Notes: generated by a model not told the origin, from the letters alone. A stretch of 12,087 bases of DNA from Candidatus Electronema aureum (GCA_004284765.1 NQJD01000051.1:1-12087), one strand, 5' to 3'; positions 5,674-12,022 are shown, counted from the first letter of the stretch. Program-made: numbers and translations.

Positions 5674-7290
5674 TCAGTTTATTTGGCGCGGTTCTATTCC
5701 TGACTCTACTGTTTCAACCGTGCCGCTTTTTTCTATTCCCAGTACGCTGAAGGTAGGGACAGTGTAATGCACTCCTTTCAGGGTCATCTCTCCTACATCT
5801 TCAAGCAAAACTTTCCAGTCATTCTTGGGCTGCCCAGCTAAATCGTCGCGGACTTCCTCAGTGATATAGATGCGGGAGGAAGTGGCCACAGAAGCAAGTC
5901 GCTGGGCAATATTCACCTCAGTGCCAATTACCGTATAATCCAATCGTCGGGCCGAGCCAACATTGCCCATGAACATCTCGCCTCTGGTGACGGCAAAACC
6001 CAGATCAATAGAGGAAAAAAAAGCATCTCGTTTTTCCCATTCCGTTTTCAGCACCGCGAAACGATCTCTGATAGCCAGCGCTGTTTCCACCGCTGTCCAC
6101 GAGGCGTTGTCTAATTCAATCAAAGCACCGAAGACCGCCAGCACCGCATCGCCCATGAATTTATCAACCGTGCCTCGGTATTCAAAGATGGTCTCGGTGA
6201 AAACTTGGAAAAATTCGTTGAGAAAGTCGCGCAGCACCGGCAGCGGTAAATGCTGCACCATGCCGGTGAAATTACGAATATCGGCAAAGAGTACAGTCGC
6301 TACTTTGACTGCACCTAACCCCCGGATCAGATTGGCATCGCTGGCAAGCAGCACTTTGGCCACTTCCGGGGCCACGTACTGCTCTAATAGTGCCTGTAAC
6401 CGGGCCTCTTGTGCCATCGACTCCCGAGTGCGGATATTCTCCAAGGCGAGAGCCGCCTGCGTACTGAGGATGCCGAGGATTTCAATGTCTGAATCAGCAA
6501 AGCGAATGTCACCGTCGGTATAGCTGACGTTGAGGACACCGAGAATGCGATCGCGCACGATCATAGGAAAGGAGACCGCAGAAACAATTTCTGGTCGCTT
6601 GAGCAAATCAGCAAAACGGGAATCGTTCTGGGTCTCCTGATTGAGAATGACCGGCTTTTTTTCCTCGAAAACTCGCCCGGCAATTTTGTCACCGGGCCGA
6701 ATTTTTATCTTGGCGATCATGTCTTCTGGGATGCCCCGCGAGGCGGCGATCCGCAAAAAGCCTTCTTCCTCGTCGTAGAGCATAACCGATAGGCTGTCTG
6801 CTGCGGTCTGATCAGCAATGACATCGAGCAGACTTTCTAACACATCGGGCTGGCTGGTCGAAGAGAGAAAATTTTCTCCTAATCCGTACAGAGGCAGCAG
6901 GGCGCGCAGGCGGGAATTTTCCTCCCGCAGAGCGGCAGCTTCCATTGCCCGCCCGACTTTTTCTCGCACCTGCTCTGGGTCAAGTGGACAGGCGAGCAGG
7001 CCGGAAAAGCCGCTTTCCATAGCCGCCGGACAAAGTGTGGCAGTGTCGCCCTTGTCAACGATCAGAAAGCCAACCACACCGGGCCGCGTGTTGCGCAGAT
7101 TGTCGAACAGCTCAATGCCGCTGGTGCCTTTCAGATTCTCCGCAACTAAAATCACCCGAACTGGCTGATGCACACAGACTCTGGATGCCTCATACGACAT
7201 GCAGCAGTCTACATCATACTCGCTCAGTATATCAGTTACCTGCTGACACAGTTCACGCTGATCTGAAATCAGCAGGATATCCGCCAGCAT
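5674..7290 (-). CDS. Signalling protein: degenerate receiver (REC-like) domain + GAF domain + class III adenylate/guanylate cyclase domain (538 aa)
   Basis: Cyclase motifs: VLFADIRNFT, VDKFMGDAVLAVFG, GNVGS..RLDYTVIGTEVNIAQRL, with metal Asp, Lys, Asn and Arg present. A GAF-like block runs from LSVMLYDEEEGFLRIAASRG to ILGVLNVSY. The N-terminal ~120 aa are CheY-like in layout. Confidence 0.9.
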   Translation of the reverse strand: MLADILLISDQRELCQQVTDILSEYDVDCCMSYEASRVCVHQPVRVILVAENLKGTSGIELFDNLRNTRPGVVGFLIVDKGDTATLCPAAMESGFSGLLACPLDPEQVREKVGRAMEAAALREENSRLRALLPLYGLGENFLSSTSQPDVLESLLDVIADQTAADSLSVMLYDEEEGFLRIAASRGIPEDMIAKIKIRPGDKIAGRVFEEKKPVILNQETQNDSRFADLLKRPEIVSAVSFPMIVRDRILGVLNVSYTDGDIRFADSDIEILGILSTQAALALENIRTRESMAQEARLQALLEQYVAPEVAKVLLASDANLIRGLGAVKVATVLFADIRNFTGMVQHLPLPVLRDFLNEFFQVFTETIFEYRGTVDKFMGDAVLAVFGALIELDNASWTAVETALAIRDRFAVLKTEWEKRDAFFSSIDLGFAVTRGEMFMGNVGSARRLDYTVIGTEVNIAQRLASVATSSRIYITEEVRDDLAGQPKNDWKVLLEDVGEMTLKGVHYTVPTFSVLGIEKSGTVETVESGIEPRQIN

Positions 7291-7396
7291 CTTTTAGAAC
7301 ACGCTCGTAGGTACAGGTGATGATGAATAAAAAGAAATATCACGGCTCATACTAAAGTAGAAATGCGCAGCTGTCAGCGTTTCGTCGCTAAAGATT

Positions 7397-7425
7397 ATTC
7401 TACCATTCGCTTTCCGGCAAGGCAA
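7397..7425 (-). promoter_or_regulatory. Candidate promoter for the cyclase gene
   Basis: On the - strand: TTGCCT (7425-7420), 17-nt spacer ending in TGG, TAGAAT (7402-7397), i.e. an extended -10-like TGgTAGAAT. This leaves a ~100-nt leader to ATG 7290. Confidence 0.4.
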
Positions 7426-7458
7426 CAGAAGAGAGTTGGACACCTGTTTCTTCTCTTG

Positions 7459-8673
7459 TTAAACCGCCTTGTTTCCTGCCTTGGCATCGAGCAGAGCTTG
7501 GCCCACAATGTGTCCTAACTCCACGCATTCCTGAAGCTGGCCATGTTCTGGTACGTACTGCACCCGCAAACCGGGATGGATGAGGCGAAAATTCATCTCG
7601 CTCATGGCGGTATTCATCAGTTTAACCGCCTCGCCCGACCAACCGTAAGAGCCAAAAGCCGCGCCGATCTTGTTCGTAGGCCGCAGGCCGCGCATGTACA
7701 TCAGGAAGCCCGCCATTCTTGGCAAGAGACCATTATTGAGGGTCGGACAACCGAGGATGACTGCACCTGCCTCCAGCACATCGCACATCACTTCGCTGTG
7801 ATGATTGACCTGCAAATTGAGCAATTTGTAGCTGATTCCTTTATCTTGCAAACCACCGGCAATAGATTTTGCCATCATCTCTGTGGAATGCCACATGCTG
7901 TCATAGATGACTAAGGCTTTGCCGTTACTTTCATTGACGCACCAGCGAGAATAGGCGTCAATAATTTTTTTTGGATTCTTCCTCCAGATAATACCGTGAT
8001 CAGGAGCAATCATCTTCAACGGCAGGTGCATCGCTTCCACTTGAGCGATCAACTTTTTGACAATTGGCGAATAAAGAGTGAGGATGTTGGCGTAATACTT
8101 GGTCGCCTCGTGCATCAATACGTCTTGATTCACCTCATCGTCAAAGCGTTCGCTGCTGGCTAAATGTTCACCGAAGGCATCGCTGGAAAAAAGTATCTGA
8201 TCTTCCTTCAGATAACTGAACATCGAATCCGGCCAATGTAGCATTCGGGTTTCAACGAAGCTCAAGGTTTTGTTGGGACCGAGGCGCAGTTCCTCACCAG
8301 GCGTAACCACATGGTAGGGCCAGTCCGGCTGATGAAAATGCTGCGTCAGAGCTTTCTGCCCCATTTTTGAGCAGATGATTTTTTCCGGCTGAATTTCCTG
8401 CACTACCTGTGGCAGCGAACCGCTATGATCCATCTCCACATGATTGACGATCAAGTAGTCAATTTTTTTCGGATCAATAATATTGCGAATTCTGTGCATC
8501 AGTTCATGACAGTAACCACTCTTGACCGTGTCAATTAAGGTAACTTTTTCGTCAATAATCAGATAGGCATTATAGGTTGTTCCCCGTTCAGTGGAATAGC
8601 CGTGAAAATCTCTCGTCAGCCAATCAACGGCTCCAACCCAATAGACATTTTTACTCAGTTCGACAGGTCTCAC
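7459..8673 (-). CDS. roo: Flavodiiron protein (rubredoxin:oxygen oxidoreductase / FprA type; metallo-beta-lactamase-like + flavodoxin-like domains, 404 aa)
   Basis: N-terminus ..VYWVGAVDW..RDFHGY. Di-iron motif HVEMDHSG (HxExDH). The C-terminal flavodoxin-like part runs from ALVIYDSMWHSTEMMAKSIA to FGSYGWSGEA. GTG start at 8673 with AGGAGA 8 nt upstream. Confidence 0.9.
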   Translation of the reverse strand: MRPVELSKNVYWVGAVDWLTRDFHGYSTERGTTYNAYLIIDEKVTLIDTVKSGYCHELMHRIRNIIDPKKIDYLIVNHVEMDHSGSLPQVVQEIQPEKIICSKMGQKALTQHFHQPDWPYHVVTPGEELRLGPNKTLSFVETRMLHWPDSMFSYLKEDQILFSSDAFGEHLASSERFDDEVNQDVLMHEATKYYANILTLYSPIVKKLIAQVEAMHLPLKMIAPDHGIIWRKNPKKIIDAYSRWCVNESNGKALVIYDSMWHSTEMMAKSIAGGLQDKGISYKLLNLQVNHHSEVMCDVLEAGAVILGCPTLNNGLLPRMAGFLMYMRGLRPTNKIGAAFGSYGWSGEAVKLMNTAMSEMNFRLIHPGLRVQYVPEHGQLQECVELGHIVGQALLDAKAGNKAV

Positions 8674-8777
8674 TGGTTAATTCTCCTGCTTGGTTGAATT
8701 CGTGCAAAAATTGCCCGCATTATTTTTCTCTCTGTTGAAAGCTGGTCGTCAGCAGGTCAGCTCGCACCAGACAGAAA

Positions 8778-8801
8778 GGCTCCTTCCTACTGGAAAGAGC
8801 C
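8778..8801 (-). terminator. Stem-loop just downstream of rubredoxin (possible attenuating terminator or processing hairpin between rd and roo)
   Basis: On the - strand: GGCUCUUUCC-agua-GGAAGGAGCC (10 bp including one G-U), followed by UUUCUGU. It starts 8 nt after the rubredoxin stop. Confidence 0.35.
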
Positions 8802-8808
8802 GAAGTTT

Positions 8809-8970
8809 CTACAGCTCGTCAAAGGCATCCTTACCCGCGCCGCAGATCGGACAAGCCCAGTCATCGGGCACATCTTCCCAAGCGGTGCCGGGCGCAACGC
8901 CGTTGTCTGGGTCGCCAACCTCTGGGTCGTAGTCGTAGCCGCAGATTTGGCATCTGTGTTTTTTCATCAT
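8809..8970 (-). CDS. rub: Rubredoxin (53 aa; 52 aa if the second ATG at 8967 is used)
   Basis: Manual translation of the - strand: [53 protein letters not shown]. It has the two rubredoxin knuckles, CxxCG(Y) and CPxCG. AAAGGA lies upstream. It falls below the 60-aa cutoff, so it is absent from the ORF track. Confidence 0.9.
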   Translation of the reverse strand: MMKKHRCQICGYDYDPEVGDPDNGVAPGTAWEDVPDDWACPICGAGKDAFDEL

Positions 8971-9005
8971 GCTGTCCTTTGCTGGAGATTAATGAGAGCG
9001 GCAGA

Positions 9006-9599
9006 TCAAGCCGCGTTTTTTGCCAAATAATCAGCCACGCCCGCTGCTGTTGGGGTCATGGCTTCTTTGCCCTTGTTCCAGTCCGCCGGACAGACATCGC
9101 CGTGGATTTCGTGAAAAATCAGCGCATCAACCATGCGCAAAGCCTCATCGGTGGAACGACCCAGCGGCAGGTCGTTGACCACGGCGTGACGGACAACGCC
9201 TTCCTTGTCGATCAAGAATGTGCCGCGCAAAGCCACGCCCATATCGATCAACACGCCGTATTGCCGGGCGATTTTTTTATCCAAATCAGCGATCAGCGGA
9301 AAATTGACGCAGCCAATGCCGCCTTCTTTAACCGGGGTGTTCTTCCAAGCAAAGTGGCTGAACTGAGAATCGATAGATACGCCGATCACCTCGCAATTTC
9401 GTTCCTTGAACTTAGGCAAGGCGCGGTCAAAGGCGATGATTTCGGACGGGCAGACAAAAGTGAAATCAAGAGGATAGAAGAAAAGAACAACGTACTTACC
9501 GCGAAAATCAGAAAGCCGAAAATCCCCCTTAAAGGAGTTGTCCGGCATGACAGCGGTGGCAGTAAAATCAGGGGCCTGTTTCGTAACCAATGAACTCAT
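9006..9599 (-). CDS. ahpC: Typical 2-Cys peroxiredoxin (AhpC/Prx1 subfamily, 197 aa)
   Basis: MSSLVTKQAPDFTATAV start. Peroxidatic Cys in FFYPLDFTFVCPSE and resolving Cys in HGDVCPADW. Start chosen at ATG 9599 (GGAG 7 nt upstream); the track ORF adds 32 unsupported residues. Confidence 0.9.
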   Translation of the reverse strand: MSSLVTKQAPDFTATAVMPDNSFKGDFRLSDFRGKYVVLFFYPLDFTFVCPSEIIAFDRALPKFKERNCEVIGVSIDSQFSHFAWKNTPVKEGGIGCVNFPLIADLDKKIARQYGVLIDMGVALRGTFLIDKEGVVRHAVVNDLPLGRSTDEALRMVDALIFHEIHGDVCPADWNKGKEAMTPTAAGVADYLAKNAA

Positions 9600-9629
9600 A
9601 TCTACGCTCCGGGATGGTGTTGACAGTAC

Positions 9630-9651
9630 GCTGCGGCCCGCAGGCCGCAGC
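9630..9651. other. GC-rich 9-bp stem / tetraloop hairpin in the dfx-prx spacer
   Basis: GCTGCGGCC-cgca-GGCCGCAGC. The T-tract (TTTT, 9652-9655) follows it on the + strand only; on the coding (-) strand it is preceded by AAAA and not followed by Us. Confidence 0.5.
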
Positions 9652-9664
9652 TTTTCCACAAGAT

Positions 9665-10060
9665 TTATGCTTTCCAGTTGCCGTGCAGATTGCAATACGC
9701 TCTGGCTGTTACTTCGGCAGTCTTGCAGCTACAGCCGCAACTACTGCACGAAAAAACTGCTTCTGGCTTGTCGCCGGGTTTCAGGTCTTTCCGACAAACC
9801 ACGCCGCCGATAGTCAACTCAATCCACTCAATCCAATGCTTTTCTTCCATCGGATGGGCTACGGAACCGACGGTCACTTTGTAACCGTTTGCGGTTTTCT
9901 CAATCACCGGGATGTGTTTTTCCTTAGATGCGTCCACCGTGTTTTCGGTCAGCAAATCCATCGGTTGGCCGCAGCAGACTAACGCACCTGCGCCCGGATG
10001 CAGCACTGCGACAATATTACCGCACATCGGGCATTTGTAAATTTCGTTTTTTTTGGTCAT
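9665..10060 (-). CDS. dfx: Desulfoferrodoxin (2Fe superoxide reductase, 131 aa)
   Basis: Desulforedoxin-like N-terminus [14 protein letters not shown]...LVCCGQPM. The SOR domain has [29 protein letters not shown] and the C-terminal [16 protein letters not shown] lies 9 nt upstream of ATG 10060. Confidence 0.9.
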   Translation of the reverse strand: MTKKNEIYKCPMCGNIVAVLHPGAGALVCCGQPMDLLTENTVDASKEKHIPVIEKTANGYKVTVGSVAHPMEEKHWIEWIELTIGGVVCRKDLKPGDKPEAVFSCSSCGCSCKTAEVTARAYCNLHGNWKA

Positions 10061-10141
10061 GAAACTTTTCCTCCTTATGATTCATTGCGCAGGACGCGCT
10101 TGTTGCTTTAACTCATGCGGAAACTCAGAGACAGTTTCTGC

Positions 10142-10147
10142 ATTATA
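10142..10147 (-). promoter_or_regulatory. Perfect TATAAT hexamer on the - strand in the rbr-dfx spacer (possible internal promoter; -35 poor)
   Basis: On the - strand: ...TGGTAA-17 nt-TATAAT. Only the -10 is convincing. A hairpin (10117-10141) lies immediately downstream on the - strand. Confidence 0.2.
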
Positions 10148-10164
10148 CCGTTTGCGACGCGATC

Positions 10165-10740
10165 TTACCAGTTTTCTGCCAACAGCTCGAAATAACTCTG
10201 CGGATGGGTGCAGGCTGGACATTTTGGCGGTGCCTCGCTTCCTTCATGGACATAGCCGCACTTGGTGCAGTGCCAAGTTACGCTGCCATCTTTGCGAAAC
10301 ACTTTGTTTTCTTTCAGGTTACTGATTAAATCGCGATATTGCTTGGCGTGTTGCTTCTCTGCCTTGGCAATAGCGCGGAAGGTAGCAGCGATCAGCTGAA
10401 AGCCTTCTTCCTCGGCAATTTTGGCAAAAGAAGGATACATGTCCATATATTCATGCTCCTCGCCTCCGGCAGCGGCTTCCAGATTTTCCAGCGTGGAGCC
10501 AAGCACTCCGGCAGGAAAGGCAGCGGTGATCTCTACTTCGCCACCTTGCAGCAGCTTAAACAGAGTCTTGGCATGAACCCGTTCTTGCTCCGCAGTGCGG
10601 ATGAACAGGTGCGCCATCTGAACATAGCCTTCCTTTTCCGCAATTTTAGCCGCATAGGTGTAGCGGTTGCGGGCCTGTGATTCGCCAGCAAAAGCGGTGA
10701 GGATATTTTTCTCAGTTTTACTTCCTTTCAATTCAGCCAT
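10165..10740 (-). CDS. rbr: Rubrerythrin (191 aa)
   Basis: Ferritin-like di-iron domain (GSKTEKNILTAFAGESQARNRYTYAA ... GEEHEYMDMYP ... AEKQHAKQY) plus a C-terminal rubredoxin-like WHCTKCGY...KCPACTHP. AGGAGG upstream. It starts 32 nt after the regulator stop. Confidence 0.9.
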   Translation of the reverse strand: MAELKGSKTEKNILTAFAGESQARNRYTYAAKIAEKEGYVQMAHLFIRTAEQERVHAKTLFKLLQGGEVEITAAFPAGVLGSTLENLEAAAGGEEHEYMDMYPSFAKIAEEEGFQLIAATFRAIAKAEKQHAKQYRDLISNLKENKVFRKDGSVTWHCTKCGYVHEGSEAPPKCPACTHPQSYFELLAENW

Positions 10741-10772
10741 TGCTCTGCTTCCTCCTTGTTGTTACGTTATTT

Positions 10773-11420
10773 TTAAAGCACTTCTCTGCCTGCGGCAGTT
10801 ATCTCATATCGGCAGCGGGCTGGACTGGCTATCAAGCCTTTTTTCTTGAGCGCAGTGAGCTGACAGCTCACTTTTTCTGGCTCAAGCGAAATGGCAGTCG
10901 CAATATCTCTACCTGAACACGTTCCACAGCAACCGTTTAGTACCTTCAGTACCTCGCGCTGCCGTTCGTTCAACTTGCCGTTCAATTTTGCAGGACCGGT
11001 CACGCGGCATTCTTCATTGCTGTCTTCGTGCCTGCTGTTATTTTTCTTCTGACATTCCGGGCAAATACCGAAGAATTCAATCCGGCAGCCAGAAATACGA
11101 TAACCAATCTCAGCGGCAGAATCAGGGGAAACCGTTTCCACTTTAAGGTTGTCAACCCGATGACACTGGACACAATATATATGATGGTGCTGATCCAGCA
11201 ACCGATCAAATCGTTTCTGGCGACCGCTGATTTCCAGCTTTCTGATCATACCTGCTTCGGACAGAATTTCAAGATTTCTGTAAACGGTCGCCAAACTTAT
11301 GCGCGGCAGCTTTTTCTTTATTCGTTCATAGAGTACGTCAGCGGTGGGATGCCCCTTGCATTTTCCCATCTCATCGAGGATCACTTCCCGTTGATGGGTC
11401 ATTCTCAAAATTGTTTTCAT
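10773..11420 (-). CDS. Fur-family (PerR-like) metalloregulator fused to an additional C-terminal winged-helix-like domain (215 aa)
   Basis: Residues 1-127 form a Fur fold: HPTADVLYERIKKKLPRISLATVYRNLEIL, DQHHHIYCVQC, GICPEC (two CxxC pairs). Residues ~146-215 (LNERQREVLKVLNG..GRDIATAISLEPEKVSCQLTALKKKGLIASPARCRYEITAAGREVL) read as a second wHTH. Start chosen at ATG 11420 (AGGTGA upstream); the track start at 11471 lies in the promoter region. Confidence 0.8.
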   Translation of the reverse strand: MKTILRMTHQREVILDEMGKCKGHPTADVLYERIKKKLPRISLATVYRNLEILSEAGMIRKLEISGRQKRFDRLLDQHHHIYCVQCHRVDNLKVETVSPDSAAEIGYRISGCRIEFFGICPECQKKNNSRHEDSNEECRVTGPAKLNGKLNERQREVLKVLNGCCGTCSGRDIATAISLEPEKVSCQLTALKKKGLIASPARCRYEITAAGREVL

Positions 11421-11453
11421 AACGTCACCTTTATGTTCAAAGTTTATAAAAAA

Positions 11454-11482
11454 GTGATAATTAAGAATCATTACTATGTCAA
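11454..11482 (-). promoter_or_regulatory. Promoter of the Fur/PerR-like gene with an embedded Fur-box-like operator
   Basis: On the - strand: TTGACA (11482-11477), 17 nt, TATCAC (11459-11454). The spacer and -10 are occupied by TGATAATTAAGAATCATTA (11455-11473), which resembles the GATAAT-hexamer Fur/PerR box. Confidence 0.45.
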
Positions 11483-11513
11483 GAATAAAAATTAGCGGTG
11501 ACAGGTAGATAAC

Positions 11514-11529
11514 TGATAATTAATGATAA
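11514..11529. promoter_or_regulatory. Second Fur-box-like site
   Basis: TGATAATTAATGATAA shares the decamer TGATAATTAA with the first site 59 bp away. It lies 22 bp upstream of the -35 of the 97-aa gene promoter. Confidence 0.4.
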
Positions 11530-11550
11530 AAAATATGTAAATTATTAAAT

Positions 11551-11579
11551 TTGACAATAGCAGACAGGTCTGCTATTCA
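11551..11579 (+). promoter_or_regulatory. Candidate promoter of the 97-aa gene
   Basis: Consensus TTGACA (11551-11556), 17-nt spacer, TATTCA (11574-11579), 77 nt upstream of ATG 11656. Confidence 0.45.
11557..11576. promoter_or_regulatory. Perfect 20-bp palindrome ATAGCAGAC-AG-GTCTGCTAT filling the promoter spacer (candidate operator)
   Basis: 9-bp perfect arms at 11557-11565 and 11568-11576, placed exactly between the -35 and -10 hexamers. This is the classic repressor-operator position. Confidence 0.5.
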
Positions 11580-11598
11580 AGACCGATGAAAGAGATTG

Positions 11599-11616
11599 CT
11601 GCGGACTGATCCGCAG
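11599..11616 (+). other. 5' UTR hairpin CTGCGGA-ctga-TCCGCAG
   Basis: 7-bp perfect stem, 40 nt upstream of ATG 11656. Confidence 0.4.
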
Positions 11617-11655
11617 TCGCAGTATGTTAAATACAATACCAGAAAGGAGTAGGAT

Positions 11656-11949
11656 ATGGCTTCAGAAATAAATGAAATAACAGTTAATTACGAAGAAGAA
11701 GGCGTGTTACTGGTCAAAGAATTAGACAAAGAAGTTCTGACTAAAGGCGCATGGACGACCATTTTATTCCGTTATCAAGAGTATGATCGCACGGCAGAAG
11801 CGTTTGGCCCAGAAAAATACACCATTCGCCGTTACCAAAAGCGTGACGGTCAGTATCTTTCTAAATCAAAATTTAATATTTCCAGTGCGGAGCAGGCTCG
11901 CAAGATCATCGAAACCTTGAGCAGATGGCTTGAAGCGCAATCTGAATAA
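11656..11949 (+). CDS. Hypothetical small cytoplasmic protein (97 aa)
   Basis: Strong RBS (AAAGGAG, 7 nt upstream). The composition is protein-like, with no TM or signal segment. No recognisable family. Confidence 0.7.
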   Translation: MASEINEITVNYEEEGVLLVKELDKEVLTKGAWTTILFRYQEYDRTAEAFGPEKYTIRRYQKRDGQYLSKSKFNISSAEQARKIIETLSRWLEAQSE

Positions 11950-11955
11950 TTGCGC
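11935..11955 (+). terminator. Weak candidate intrinsic terminator spanning the stop codon
   Basis: GCGCAAT-ctgaata-ATTGCGC (7-bp stem) followed by TCTT. The U-tract is short. Confidence 0.3.
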
Positions 11956-11993
11956 TCTTGGTAAAAAAAAGTACTGTCTGCGCAAAAAACCGC

Positions 11994-12022
11994 TTGACCT
12001 TTGGCAGGGAGTACTGTATATT
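11994..12022 (+). promoter_or_regulatory. Near-consensus sigma70 promoter with upstream A-tracts, reading out of the window
   Basis: TTGACC (11994-11999), 17 nt, TATATT (12017-12022). A8 and A6 tracts at 11964-11989 resemble an UP element. No start codon or RBS appears in the remaining 65 nt. Confidence 0.5.

Noticed and set aside
7294-7350. 18-codon upstream ORF (MSRDISFYSSSPVPTSVF) ending 3 nt before the cyclase ATG
   Set aside because: It has no Shine-Dalgarno sequence and no conservation evidence. It is probably fortuitous within the leader.
7423-7458. Purine/pyrimidine-rich imperfect inverted repeat right after the roo stop, as a possible terminator
   Set aside because: The stem has a mismatch and a 16-nt loop with no U-tract. 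It also overlaps the proposed -35 of the cyclase promoter. It is not convincing as an intrinsic terminator.
10077-10085. ATGATTCAT mini-palindrome next to the dfx RBS shares ATGATTC with the Fur-box-like site at 11465-11471, a possible extra PerR site
   Set aside because: Only 7-9 nt are similar, and in AT-rich DNA that is within chance expectation. It would need a genome-wide motif model.
12012-12022. TACTGTATATT resembles the left half of an E. coli-type LexA SOS box
   Set aside because: No matching CAG(TA) right half follows, and the E. coli-type box is not the expected LexA motif in this kind of organism.
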